Part shown: positions 37,956-47,277 of the stretch, piece after piece | How positions within the stretch are numbered: position 1 is the stretch's first letter | Layout of the letters: each line of letters starts with the position of its first letter | DNA from: a virus | Taxonomy: Duplodnaviria; Caudoviricetes | Strand: one strand, 5' to 3' | Length of the DNA: 57,157 nucleotides | Virus record (IMG/VR): IMGVR_UViG_3300025133_000125 | Coordinates: 1 to 57,157 of that record | Translations under genes and position numbers: made by a program | Notes under the pieces: generated by a model | Seen by the model: the letters and a program-made list of their open reading frames with translations, nothing else | What the model was told of the DNA's origin: nothing | Databases searched by the model: none

Positions 37956-38446
37956 TATTTAAGTTTACCTTTACCGCTATTACTACTTAATTGCGTAGCC
38001 ATTTCATTTGTAACTGGTAGAAATGAACCACCAAGCTGAGTCGCTCTTGCCCTTGTAGTTAAATATCTTTGACCTGAATTAGTAGTTACAATTCCAATTT
38101 GTAGGCTGTCCTCGATATTCTCTATTAGATTAAATCGTTCTTCAGGTGTCAACTCAGAATTTCCATAAGTATCTACACTAAATATTTCTTTTAAAGTTTC
38201 AACTAAGGGTGTAAAAGAATTTTGTTCCATCAATGGCACAGAAGATACTCCTCCGCCTCCGCCACCCATAACAACTTCAGCTCTTGATACATAATCATGA
38301 AAATCTTTAGCTTCTCTTTTAGCCTGATCAACATTCTGTTTCATTTCTTGAATCTTTGGCTTTGTCTTGAGAAACTTATTTTTAGCTGTGTGCTCGTTTT
38401 TTCTATTAGCTATGTTTCTTATGAGTCTATGAACTTCTAGTGCCAT
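37955..38446 (-). CDS. Hypothetical protein
   Basis: Coupled ORF in the baseplate operon. Confidence 0.65.
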   Translation of the reverse strand: MALEVHRLIRNIANRKNEHTAKNKFLKTKPKIQEMKQNVDQAKREAKDFHDYVSRAEVVMGGGGGGVSSVPLMEQNSFTPLVETLKEIFSVDTYGNSELTPEERFNLIENIEDSLQIGIVTTNSGQRYLTTRARATQLGGSFLPVTNEMATQLSSNSGKGKLK

Positions 38447-38864
38447 GCTTCTTCTCTATTGCTTTTACTACTTTTGCTGAATGACCACTCATTGCTTTTA
38501 TCATAAAATCAGGCGTATTACCAGATGCTTGTGGTGTATTAGAAGTAGTGCTATCTAATACTGCTTGTTGTTCATAGAATTTCTCTGGTGAATCAATTGC
38601 ACCTCCGCCCATAGTAGGATACGTTTCAAACTCTTCACCTGACGATATTCCACCTTGCGTCTCATTTAAAATTTTATTTAAAACTGGATCTTGGGCAAGC
38701 TGACGATTATCTGGTTCTGGACCAGTATAATGATCAGCCACATCAGCCTCTGATATTGTTGGTTCTTTCATTTCTTTAATGACAATATTAATTTGCTTGG
38801 CAACTTCTTTCTCTACCATTTCTTTTACTATTTTTTTAAGTGCCATTATTACGTTTGCTTTCAT
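38427..38864 (-). CDS. Hypothetical virion-associated protein
   Basis: GAGG SD; ISEA and ILNET motifs resemble the head-protein linkers. Confidence 0.65.
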   Translation of the reverse strand: MKANVIMALKKIVKEMVEKEVAKQINIVIKEMKEPTISEADVADHYTGPEPDNRQLAQDPVLNKILNETQGGISSGEEFETYPTMGGGAIDSPEKFYEQQAVLDSTTSNTPQASGNTPDFMIKAMSGHSAKVVKAIEKKHGTRSS

Positions 38865-38893
38865 TTTGTGACCTCTTTGTTCCTTTATTATAA

Positions 38894-40360
38894 TTAACTA
38901 AAATTTGAAGTTTTCATGTAATCATCTAACTCAGTCATACATTCACTTAAATCGAGAATTTGTGAGTCTAGCATTGCATCAATTTGATCTTCATTTAAGT
39001 CAGCATTATCGGATGTACCAATTCCACCTGATTCACCAACTGACCAATCTCCATCATTTGCATCTGAGGGTATTATTGCAGGTGCTGCTAGTAATGCTCC
39101 ACCTGGGCCTATTGCATTACCACTTCCAAGTTCATCACCTGCATTTAGATCCATTCCTGGCGGAAAATAATCCATTCCCATATCATCAAATCCAAGCCCT
39201 GCATCTAAACTACTATCTAAATTTGGTTTTCCACCACCAGCTCCTGCTGCACCAACATCACCTAAGTCTCCTAATCTTCTATCAACATATACACCACCTA
39301 ATTTTTCACATTCTTCCTCACTAAGGCCTGCAGCTTGACCTCTATTCATTGCACATTGTGCTATAATTTTTTGTAATAATGCAATTAATTGTGGCAATAT
39401 TTTAGATGCGTCTGTCATACTTTTAACAGCCATTTCAATTAATGTGGGAATTCCCATAATAACTTGAAGTGCTAATAACAAAACTTGAACTGCCTTTAAT
39501 GGAGCAAATAGCCACATTAAAAGTTTTATTGCCTTCTTTAATTTTTTAATTACCTTAGAAATTTTGGACATAATAGCATTAATTCTATTAATTGCTGCTA
39601 CAACTTTTTCCATTATCTCTATAAGTTTGCTAACATCAGGTAACAACTCACAAGCCTTATCAGGATCTATTTCTACTAATGAAACTAAATTTTGTGTCTT
39701 TGCAATAAACTTGCCTGTGAGCATCATAAGTTCATTTATCTTTTTTTGTATTTCTACCCACCACGTCATATCAAGCCCAGGTAAATCTAATTCTAAATCT
39801 AAATCATCTAACATGTCTTCTAATCTAGATTGATCTTCTGGCGGTTTACCTGCTAGTTCTTGTAAGCTACAATATTCATCATCATTATCAGCAGCACCAG
39901 GAGAAACAACAGCACCGTCACCTGATACTTTTGCTCCAGCTGTTGCTGTGTATGGCGCATATTGCTCTTTTCCATTACTATCTATAGCCTTGCCATTAAT
40001 AACAATGTCACCTTCTTTTAGCTCAGTTCCTGGAGCAAATACTCTAGCTTCTCCTCCAAAACCTTGATGAACAACATCAACCCCATCTTCATCTGCAGTA
40101 AATCCATCTTCTGTTACAAAATCACCGGGTCCTAATCTTGCACCCATAGGAAACATTTGATCCATACTTAAATCTATTCCGTATACCTGTGCTGCTACTT
40201 GATTTTTTGCTAATTCAGCATCTGATAAACCTGAAGAGTCTGATCCTACACCACCAGTTTTAGTTGCTGAACCCACAATGATTTGATCACCCATCAATAA
40301 ACTTGAATTACCCTGAAGGTGTCTTTTAATTGTTGTTATATTTTTACAATCTAGTGACAT
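38894..40360 (-). CDS. Tail/baseplate-associated protein with a central hydrophobic helical hairpin
   Basis: Three FxxGxxLxxGD repeats; LLMWLFAPLKAVQVLLLALQVIMGIP; coupled to the gp5-like gene. Confidence 0.6.
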   Translation of the reverse strand: MSLDCKNITTIKRHLQGNSSLLMGDQIIVGSATKTGGVGSDSSGLSDAELAKNQVAAQVYGIDLSMDQMFPMGARLGPGDFVTEDGFTADEDGVDVVHQGFGGEARVFAPGTELKEGDIVINGKAIDSNGKEQYAPYTATAGAKVSGDGAVVSPGAADNDDEYCSLQELAGKPPEDQSRLEDMLDDLDLELDLPGLDMTWWVEIQKKINELMMLTGKFIAKTQNLVSLVEIDPDKACELLPDVSKLIEIMEKVVAAINRINAIMSKISKVIKKLKKAIKLLMWLFAPLKAVQVLLLALQVIMGIPTLIEMAVKSMTDASKILPQLIALLQKIIAQCAMNRGQAAGLSEEECEKLGGVYVDRRLGDLGDVGAAGAGGGKPNLDSSLDAGLGFDDMGMDYFPPGMDLNAGDELGSGNAIGPGGALLAAPAIIPSDANDGDWSVGESGGIGTSDNADLNEDQIDAMLDSQILDLSECMTELDDYMKTSNFS

Positions 40361-41613
40361 TATAAACCACTTCTCGATTTTTTAGATACCTTAACATTTT
40401 TACTTAATATTCTATTTGCAATTTGTGGCTTTGCTGTTGATGCAGTCCATCCTTGTAATTGCGCACCTGCTGCCATCCCTTCGGGAATCGGAACTAAAGT
40501 ACCAATATTTCCAAGTCCTTTTATTCCTGCAATTTTTGCTGCAAAACTATCTAATGTAGCAACTAACTCTCCAAGAAAGTTTACTAAATTTTCTCCTAAT
40601 ACTGCTGATTGCAAGTTACCTTCATCAACATCACCTAGTAATACTTTTTCACCAACAATATTTGTATTCAATTTCGAAACAATATTTGTTGTATTACCCG
40701 AGAACATATTGATCTGACCTGTATTTGTATTTTCTTTTGTATTAAAAACTAATCTATCAGAGTCTAAAATAATTGCAGGTGCACCAGCTGTCTTGACATC
40801 AGTAACTCCTTCAACTTTAGGTGAAACTGTGTATTTAATATCTTCACTTCGTGTTAAATAAAGTGATGCTTTATCAGTATCAATATCTTCTGTTCTTGGA
40901 GTTCCTGCTGCAGCTTCCGAAGCTTCAGATTCGTCAGAAATTCTCATTTTAATTACAGCATTGGCAGAATTTAATTCACTATCACCATTCGTTGTGTAGT
41001 CAGTACCAATTCTTATTGATTGGTCATTTCTTCCATTTAACGCCCAATCTCCCGGATATTGCTTAACAGGTCTTGGATTTTTATTATACACAAAGCCTTG
41101 CAAATAGGCATCTATATTATCTGGTACCAATGGCTTCACCGGTGCACTAAGACTTCCTTTGTTGGAAGCGTCTTTATCAATACCTAATACAATGTTATGT
41201 GTAGCTGAATTTCGTAAATTTAGTGGCTGAAAATAATATGTTTGTGCGCCGTAGTTGATAATAACAACTGTCTCTCCCACAATAGGATATGATCGAACTT
41301 GTGCGTCTAAAGGTTTTATCCACGCACCGGCAGCGGGTAAAATTGGAAAATCCTTTATAGATGCTTCAACCTTTATACAACCAATATGATTAACTGTTAG
41401 GCCTTTTTTATCTACAAGATCATCTTCATTATAAATTACCCTTTTAACAGAACCAACAATTGATTGCAATGATACTATTGCATTTTCGTCTATAAGCCAC
41501 TGAGCAATTTCATTTATTCTACGCTCATCAGCTGTATTTCTATTTAATTCTAGCTGCTTTTGTTTATTTGCACCAAGCTTATCAGCGTAAACTAGATCGT
41601 GATTAATCGGCAC
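40360..41613 (-). CDS. Baseplate hub/spike (gp5/gpV-like) protein
   Basis: YPIVGETVVII OB-fold-like motif, GRNDQSIRIG, IILDSDRLVFN, AVLGENL. Confidence 0.6.
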   Translation of the reverse strand: MPINHDLVYADKLGANKQKQLELNRNTADERRINEIAQWLIDENAIVSLQSIVGSVKRVIYNEDDLVDKKGLTVNHIGCIKVEASIKDFPILPAAGAWIKPLDAQVRSYPIVGETVVIINYGAQTYYFQPLNLRNSATHNIVLGIDKDASNKGSLSAPVKPLVPDNIDAYLQGFVYNKNPRPVKQYPGDWALNGRNDQSIRIGTDYTTNGDSELNSANAVIKMRISDESEASEAAAGTPRTEDIDTDKASLYLTRSEDIKYTVSPKVEGVTDVKTAGAPAIILDSDRLVFNTKENTNTGQINMFSGNTTNIVSKLNTNIVGEKVLLGDVDEGNLQSAVLGENLVNFLGELVATLDSFAAKIAGIKGLGNIGTLVPIPEGMAAGAQLQGWTASTAKPQIANRILSKNVKVSKKSRSGL

Positions 41614-41632
41614 CAGCTAACTCCTTCTAGTA

Positions 41633-42007
41633 CTATGTTATGTTTAAATTTATATCGTCTACTTCTTTTTGTAAATCTTTTGTGGCATCTTCTAATTTAC
41701 CAATAATTTGTTCCTTTTCAATATCAGACAAGCCAAACTCACCATCTGCAGACTTAGACTCTGTTTGAATAACCCTTTGTACAACAGCTGATAGCTTTAC
41801 TAATACTTCATCATTTCTTATATTCGCTTCCATATAATCACTAATCATAGGAAATAATTGAATAGCAGAATTTGCATCTTTTATATAAACCATCAACTCC
41901 TGTATTAAAGATTCTATTTGAATCTTATTGCGGTCAGAGTTGTGATTGATCTTTTTGAAAAGATCAGATAGAGAAGTTCCCTTAAATAATTCATAATCAG
42001 CAGACAT
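41633..42007 (-). CDS. Hypothetical protein (helical, late-expressed)
   Basis: AAGGA SD; late motif upstream. Confidence 0.7.
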   Translation of the reverse strand: MSADYELFKGTSLSDLFKKINHNSDRNKIQIESLIQELMVYIKDANSAIQLFPMISDYMEANIRNDEVLVKLSAVVQRVIQTESKSADGEFGLSDIEKEQIIGKLEDATKDLQKEVDDINLNIT

Positions 42008-42024
42008 AAAAACATCCTTTGATT

Positions 42025-42032
42025 ATAAATAT
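42025..42032 (-). promoter_or_regulatory. Putative late promoter motif ATATTTAT
   Basis: Heads the baseplate operon. Confidence 0.55.
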
Positions 42033-42038
42033 AGAGAA

Positions 42039-42758
42039 CTATGAATTTAATCGTTTAGAATCGGCAATAAATATATCACCCTCAGATTCCCATTTACCAT
42101 ATAAATTTTTGTAATGACCCCTCATAACATTTAGTACCCTTGTTATGTGTTGAGTCTGGTAACCTGAAATTTCTCTAAGTAAAATATATAATGCTTTTTT
42201 ATTAAAAATCTCAATTGATCCTACACGATCCATCAATTCTATAATAGAAAAGGCAATTGTGACATCACGCTCCTTTTTAAATACTAGATTAATATTCTCT
42301 TCCCAATAAGAAACAACAGCATTAAAAAACGCCCTATGTTCATCATTCTCTAAAAAAGATTCGTTATAAGATGTATTTTTTACATCCTTATGTTTAAGAT
42401 CTAAAACATCATTATGTGTTTTCATTTTTTTATAGTTGTTGTTATTATGACATATCAACCAATTCTTAACGACAACGCTAAAATAGCTAAATGCTTTTCC
42501 TTTGCCTTGTTGATATTTTCCTAATCTTGTTATCATAAAAGAAATTACTTCATGCTTTACATCCTCTAGTGGAATATCAAAATAATAAAATTTAAATGTA
42601 TGAATTATATTCTCAACTAATTTTTCAAATGGTTTTCTCAAAGATGCATTATAAATTTGATTTTTAATACGATAATCATCTGTGTTGTTATAAGCAATAA
42701 TTGCTTCTTCAGTTTCTCCAGTAAAGTACATTCTTGTTTTTGACGGTTTACGCGGCAT
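42039..42758 (-). CDS. Phage RNA polymerase sigma factor-like protein
   Basis: Region-2-like EDVKHEVISFMITRLGKYQQGKGKAFSYFSVVVKN; C-terminal HTH-like LREISGYQTQHITRV. Confidence 0.55.
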   Translation of the reverse strand: MPRKPSKTRMYFTGETEEAIIAYNNTDDYRIKNQIYNASLRKPFEKLVENIIHTFKFYYFDIPLEDVKHEVISFMITRLGKYQQGKGKAFSYFSVVVKNWLICHNNNNYKKMKTHNDVLDLKHKDVKNTSYNESFLENDEHRAFFNAVVSYWEENINLVFKKERDVTIAFSIIELMDRVGSIEIFNKKALYILLREISGYQTQHITRVLNVMRGHYKNLYGKWESEGDIFIADSKRLNS

Positions 42759-43017
42759 CTTGTTGTTCCTCTGTTATGTTTTCTAATTTGTTTAAAGACT
42801 CTTCTAATGCTTTGAATATTGATCCAACCTCATCATCTGATTCAAATGCACCTATTGTATCTAAGTCTTTCATTTCTTGTAATGTATTTTGTATTTGTAC
42901 ATACGTCGCATCAATCCATTGTTCAAGTCTATCACACTTAGTGTATAGGTTCACTATGATGTATAACTGAACAATAGAAATTACACAAAATACTATTGCT
43001 GCTATTTCAATTATCAT
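42748..43017 (-). CDS. N-terminally membrane-anchored coiled-coil protein
   Basis: Hydrophobic residues 1-23; GAFESDDEVG. Confidence 0.65.
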   Translation of the reverse strand: MIIEIAAIVFCVISIVQLYIIVNLYTKCDRLEQWIDATYVQIQNTLQEMKDLDTIGAFESDDEVGSIFKALEESLNKLENITEEQQDAA

Positions 43018-43760
43018 GAGAATAAATCCTTTAACTTATCTGTATCTAAATCTTTTACCAGTTCCTCTTCCTTAGATTCACCTTTCATATATTTTGGGAA
43101 ATCAATTCTAGAATCCCCTGACAACATAAACTTTTCCTTTTCCTGTCGTGCTGCTGATGCGTCTGCATAATGAATGATGTGTGGCAAGTTTGTTTTCATT
43201 GCCTTCCATTCTGCACCCTCCATATAATAGGACTTATTTGCTTCTTCATATAACCCGTCAGCTAATCTAAGTCCTAAGTATTCTGATTCTGACATATCAA
43301 TTTTAAATTTATTAAGAATCCAAATTGCCCTATCAGTTACTGTCATATAATGAATTGCAGGATTATGCACATAATATTGTTGCAACTTTTTTGCTCGCCA
43401 TTCATCAGTATTAGTTAGATAATAATCTTCATCCATATCACCTACCTTACCCAAGTCATGAAACAATGCAGCAAATACTACTGATTCTTCTGTAATGTCA
43501 TCAACAAACATATCCTGTGACTTGAACAATTCATAATAAGATTTTGACCATCCTATAATATTGAGTACATGAGCAACATAACCACCTGGAAAAGCATTAT
43601 GAAACCAGCCTGTACCTGAAGCAGGTGCTAGAATCATTCTCTCTTTAAAATGATCATGTAACTCTTTTATTTTTTCTAATCTCTCACCATCAAATGTTTC
43701 ATCGATAATCTCTTGTAACTTATCCCAGTTCTCACTGATTTGTTCTGCAGTTAATCTCAT
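43014..43760 (-). CDS. HD-domain phosphohydrolase (YhaM-like HD)
   Basis: APAS..FHNAFPGG..HVLN..ALFHDLGK..IIHYAD; AGGAG SD before ATG 43760. Confidence 0.85.
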   Translation of the reverse strand: MRLTAEQISENWDKLQEIIDETFDGERLEKIKELHDHFKERMILAPASGTGWFHNAFPGGYVAHVLNIIGWSKSYYELFKSQDMFVDDITEESVVFAALFHDLGKVGDMDEDYYLTNTDEWRAKKLQQYYVHNPAIHYMTVTDRAIWILNKFKIDMSESEYLGLRLADGLYEEANKSYYMEGAEWKAMKTNLPHIIHYADASAARQEKEKFMLSGDSRIDFPKYMKGESKEEELVKDLDTDKLKDLFS

Positions 43761-44272
43761 GCATTCTCCTGTGCCCATGGCATTTTTATAATATAACAAC
43801 CTTCAAACTTATAAGGTTGAACATGTTTTGACTCTAAAATATCTACTACATTTACCCACTTAGGATTCATAGTATCTCGAACCTGATAAATTCCATCCTT
43901 TTCATCAGCCCCTTTAAGTAAAATATAATCACCATAATCAAATGGGCCTCCCCATCTTTTCAATAAATTTCTAGAAAGTGCAACAAACTTATAATTTGAT
44001 GCCTTATCTATTCTAATTTTTGTACCATCTGCTGTGATGTCGGGCGTCTTATCTGTTTGTGGAAAGATTGGTTGATACATAGTTACATCTACTTCAATTC
44101 CATATTGATAAAATTCATCCAGTTGATATTGTAGATTCTGTTTTTCACTTACCAGTGTCTCATAATGAGTGTGATAAATTTCTCTATGCTTTTTCATAAA
44201 ATAAGTAGATACGTAACCATTCATTACAGTGATAAAGATAATTAACAATATGTACTTTTGTTGATTTAGCAT
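43757..44272 (-). CDS. Membrane-anchored 3D-domain (MltA-like DPBB) peptidoglycan-active protein
   Basis: N-terminal TM; VTMY..TADG..VALSR..VRDTM..VDIL; AAGGAG SD before ATG 44272. Confidence 0.75.
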   Translation of the reverse strand: MLNQQKYILLIIFITVMNGYVSTYFMKKHREIYHTHYETLVSEKQNLQYQLDEFYQYGIEVDVTMYQPIFPQTDKTPDITADGTKIRIDKASNYKFVALSRNLLKRWGGPFDYGDYILLKGADEKDGIYQVRDTMNPKWVNVVDILESKHVQPYKFEGCYIIKMPWAQENA

Positions 44273-44292
44273 GGCGTGCTCCTTTTGATTAA

Positions 44293-44327
44293 TAGAATCT
44301 AATAACATTTTGGTATACGCGTAAAGG
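44293..44327 (-). promoter_or_regulatory. Putative sigma70-like early promoter
   Basis: A-tract-CCTTTACG-N18-TAGATT-CTA; near-identical copy at 49482-49516. Confidence 0.6.
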
Positions 44328-44348
44328 CTTTTTTTCATTTATTTTTTG

Positions 44349-44766
44349 TGGACCCGGGGAGATTCGAACTCCCGTCCGGCCTGCTATTAACAATGAGTCG
44401 TTACAGCTTAGACGGTTTCCATTGGTAGAAACTGCCAAACAACCATGCGAATTCCTTTTGCTCAGAACATATTCCTTAACTGGCTTTTAGTTATACTCCA
44501 AATCACCAACGAGTTTGTGTTCAACTTATTTTATGCTCGGGTGTTGAACAACCCAAGAACTTAAGCAGCGTATGCGTAAGTTGGCTGGTGAGCCAGCTCA
44601 GCGCCAATATATGGTGCTGAATCAGTATCGGCCAAATGCCAATCTATCACCAACCCGTCTAGCGAATTATCGCCATATTGGTTTTGTGAGTCTTTTTTCA
44701 CGAGACCTACTCAATCTCTGCTGCACTCATTTGTCAAAAAACACCCGTCGATTTCCATACGGGCCC
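44349..44766 (-). ncRNA. ssrA: tmRNA (one-piece, ~418 nt)
   Basis: 5' GGGCCCG pairs with 3' CGGGUCC(A) and includes G3.U. T-arm GGGAGUUCGAAUCUCCC. pk1: GAGAUU/GGUCUC + GAGU/ACUC. pk2: CUUGGGU/ACCCGAG + UGUUCAAC/GUUGAACA. Tag frame ends YAYAA-UAA. Confidence 0.95.
44561..44674 (-). other. tmRNA tag reading frame (A)GDNSLDGLVIDWHLADTDSAPYIGAELAHQPTYAYAA
   Basis: Open frame between pk1 and pk2; resume codon inferred from its distance to pk1. Confidence 0.75.
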
Positions 44767-44780
44767 ATATCTTTTAATTT

Positions 44781-44921
44781 TTAATTATCCCAGCCTTCTG
44801 ACCACTGGCTAATATCTTCATCTGTAACTCTTAAATCTTCTAATAGTAACTCAACTGCTGCCCAATCTTTGTCCGATATTGCAGCTTCTAAACGCATAAT
44901 TATTTCTTCAACTGAAAGCAT
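44781..44921 (-). CDS. Small acidic hypothetical protein (likely start 44921; frame open to 45029)
   Basis: GAGGAG SD before MLSVEEII. Confidence 0.55.
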   Translation of the reverse strand: MLSVEEIIMRLEAAISDKDWAAVELLLEDLRVTDEDISQWSEGWDN

Positions 44922-45030
44922 ATGACTTACTCCTCTCTTAGTTGAAGCTAAATATGGATAATCTACTAAATTTAAACTAGTTGCTGACGTATTTTTAGGG
45001 TCAGCAGCCCACGGTAATATAACTTTCATT

Positions 45031-45282
45031 TTAAGCCTCCGCTAATTGGTAACTTAATTTTACTTTATCATTTGGTATTGATTTTGACATTGCATAATCA
45101 TATATCAATGCAACAAAAACCTCATGTGCAGTCTCATCAACAGACAACTCTTTACCATCTGTCAATGCATTGAACATTTCTTTATTTGTTCTATAAAAAT
45201 AATTTATCTCAAAACATAGTGATTCGAAATCTAATATTCCTGGTTCACCTTGAAGATTATTTTCTAGTATAGATTGCTTCAT
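45031..45282 (-). CDS. Hypothetical protein
   Basis: Closely packed ORF. Confidence 0.65.
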   Translation of the reverse strand: MKQSILENNLQGEPGILDFESLCFEINYFYRTNKEMFNALTDGKELSVDETAHEVFVALIYDYAMSKSIPNDKVKLSYQLAEA

Positions 45283-45285
45283 GTT

Positions 45286-45498
45286 CTACTTATTTTCCAT
45301 TTTATTTAAAATATTTTGTCTAGCAATTCTATTAGTTTCTGATTGTTTAACTTTTGCTTTTCTAATTTTTGTAATTCCTTTTCCGTTTATCGTTGGCATA
45401 CCGTGATCATCAACACCAATATCCTTTACGACAATTTTTTTATTTTTCCACTTACCGGTGAGTATCTCATCACCAATATCAATATCTATTTTAATCAT
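45286..45498 (-). CDS. Small SH3/KOW-like hypothetical protein
   Basis: IDIGDEILTGKWKNKKIVVKDIG..GMPTINGK. Confidence 0.6.
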   Translation of the reverse strand: MIKIDIDIGDEILTGKWKNKKIVVKDIGVDDHGMPTINGKGITKIRKAKVKQSETNRIARQNILNKMENK

Positions 45499-45824
45499 TA
45501 TACTTCCCTATACATTGATTCAGTATTCTTTTTTAATTCTTCAATTTCCACATCCATCCTCTTGAGTGTATCCTTAAGATTACTAACTGGAATTCGCTTT
45601 GAGACAAGCGCAACATGTTTTCTATCTTCTTTTCTAGATCCAAAAATAAATGAAGCTACAGGAAAATCTACTTGCTCAAAGTCTAATTGAGCATACCACG
45701 GTTCTGCTTTTCCTGACTCAAACCCAAGCGTTCTTGCTTCTCCGCCAGGTAACCATCCAGTGTCTGGCTCACCACCATCTGCACCATAGCCTGCATTATT
45801 AGATACTTCAAAAAGTTTCTTCAT
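45498..45824 (-). CDS. Hypothetical protein (MKKLFE leader; possibly head-packaged)
   Basis: Coupled ORF with an N-terminal LxE. Confidence 0.6.
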   Translation of the reverse strand: MKKLFEVSNNAGYGADGGEPDTGWLPGGEARTLGFESGKAEPWYAQLDFEQVDFPVASFIFGSRKEDRKHVALVSKRIPVSNLKDTLKRMDVEIEELKKNTESMYREV

Positions 45825-45828
45825 ATTA

Positions 45829-46068
45829 TTAAATATCTTTTTCTTTACTTTCTAGCTCTTCAAGTGATATATCAGACATTTTCATAATTTTTAATTTTTC
45901 TTCTTCTAACTTTGCTATCCACTCTGCTAATAGATCTATGATTTTATTCTTTGTTACATCATGATCATCATTATCTAAAATTCTATCAACCCATTTTTTA
46001 TACATAGACAAGTAACCTGACAACCACATTGCTATTTCTTGCCTTTCTTCTGGCCATGATTTTCTCAT
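45829..46068 (-). CDS. Hypothetical protein
   Basis: GGAG SD. Confidence 0.65.
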   Translation of the reverse strand: MRKSWPEERQEIAMWLSGYLSMYKKWVDRILDNDDHDVTKNKIIDLLAEWIAKLEEEKLKIMKMSDISLEELESKEKDI

Positions 46069-46081
46069 TTAATACTCCATT

Positions 46082-46516
46082 TTATTTATTAAATATGAAA
46101 AATAATTTATACTTCAATGCTCTTATCTTAAACAGTATAGTAATAAATACACTTAAAACTTTATCTAAAACAACATTTTTTGTTGTGTACTCTATTGTGT
46201 TAGTAATGTTACAGCCCTTATTTGATTTAACAATGCTGTATCTGTTTGTCCAAAGCTTTATGCCAAAAGGTAAATTATTTTCATTAATTATGTGGAAGTA
46301 ATATAAAGATTCAGTTGAGTTGCACATTGCAACTTTAAAATGATATGTTTGAAAGAACCATGTATAAATACTAATTTTTGCTCTTCGTCTTATGCCCTTA
46401 AACTTCATAACACCGCACCCAAAAGGCAAAAGTCTATTCATAAGCTTAGAGTCAGGATCAGTAAAAGCATCTCTAACAGCTTGTAATGGTACACTAACTG
46501 TAGAATTAAATTCCAT
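46082..46516 (-). CDS. SRPBCC/START-like ligand-binding protein
   Basis: VSVPLQAVRDAFTDP..RLLP; LPFGIKLW..ITNTIEY; C-terminal helix. Confidence 0.55.
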   Translation of the reverse strand: MEFNSTVSVPLQAVRDAFTDPDSKLMNRLLPFGCGVMKFKGIRRRAKISIYTWFFQTYHFKVAMCNSTESLYYFHIINENNLPFGIKLWTNRYSIVKSNKGCNITNTIEYTTKNVVLDKVLSVFITILFKIRALKYKLFFIFNK

Positions 46517-46694
46517 CTATCTCAGTTTCTCGTTCACTTGCAACTTCAATTTCATCATCATATTCAGTATAGCAACCTTTAGATTTTAATGAAATAACAA
46601 TAAGGTTTGTTATAGTTTCTCTTGCTGCCTTAGATGCTAAATTTATCTGTGAATCTTTGCAATCATCTAAGACTCCCATTATAATATTTTTCAT
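46506..46694 (-). CDS. Hypothetical protein
   Basis: QINLASKAARETI; coupled ORF. Confidence 0.6.
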   Translation of the reverse strand: MKNIIMGVLDDCKDSQINLASKAARETITNLIVISLKSKGCYTEYDDEIEVASERETEIDGI

Positions 46695-46831
46695 TTTCCT
46701 TGACCTCTATTTCTTTTTTTAAATCGCTTACTACCGACCCTTGTACTAAATTTTGTTCCTCTACCTTGTCCTTGTCTAGTTCTCTTTCTAGCGCTAGTTG
46801 GCCCTATTGTTCCTCCTACTGCTTTTGCCAT
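46691..46831 (-). CDS. Small basic RGQG-motif protein (46 aa; not in track)
   Basis: MAKAVGGTIGPTSARKRTRQGQGRGTKFSTRVGSKRFKKRNRGQGK; overlaps neighbouring start/stop codons on both sides. Confidence 0.7.
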   Translation of the reverse strand: MAKAVGGTIGPTSARKRTRQGQGRGTKFSTRVGSKRFKKRNRGQGK

Positions 46832-47265
46832 TACATTACCTTATCCCATGTTAACTTTTTGTTTTTTATATAAGCTTCTTTTGTTAACTTATCCTCGTCT
46901 GTATTCCATATTGCCTTAACTAACAAATCGTTTAGTGGTTTATTTTCATTACCAAATCTTGCATCCATCTCCCACAATACATACAATGTTGTATTAAGAG
47001 TTTGTGCAACTTCTTTCAATATCAAATAATCTTCTGATAAATTAATATCACCATAGAAAACCTTGCCTACATTTGGCATTAAAACATTTGCATTATATAC
47101 TACTAAATCATCAACATGATTATTGCTGTAATCTAATTTTGATCCCAACATTCTTCCATCATACCAATCATACGCAGCAAAATGCTTTTGTATTTCAATA
47201 ACGTCTGTAGAAGGTGCAAAATCACTTGGATACTTTCCTTCTAGTTCGATACTCTTAAATGTCAT
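46831..47265 (-). CDS. Hypothetical protein
   Basis: AAGGAG SD. Confidence 0.7.
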   Translation of the reverse strand: MTFKSIELEGKYPSDFAPSTDVIEIQKHFAAYDWYDGRMLGSKLDYSNNHVDDLVVYNANVLMPNVGKVFYGDINLSEDYLILKEVAQTLNTTLYVLWEMDARFGNENKPLNDLLVKAIWNTDEDKLTKEAYIKNKKLTWDKVM

Positions 47266-47277
47266 TTTCTTTCTCCT

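Noticed and set aside
37944-38446. Adjacent genes both start ATGGCACTAGAA (MALE)
   Set aside because: Only 12 nt, with no further similarity; probably chance.
44349-44380. Possible tRNA gene (GTTCGAATC T-arm)
   Set aside because: There is no anticodon arm, and the acceptor partner lies ~400 nt away, so this is the tmRNA 3' end.
44572-44784. 70-aa + strand ORF
   Set aside because: It is antisense to the tmRNA.
44983-45007. Hairpin tgctgac-N-gtcagca upstream of the gene before the tmRNA
   Set aside because: A 7-bp stem with no U-tract, inside an open frame; not enough to call a terminator or ncRNA.
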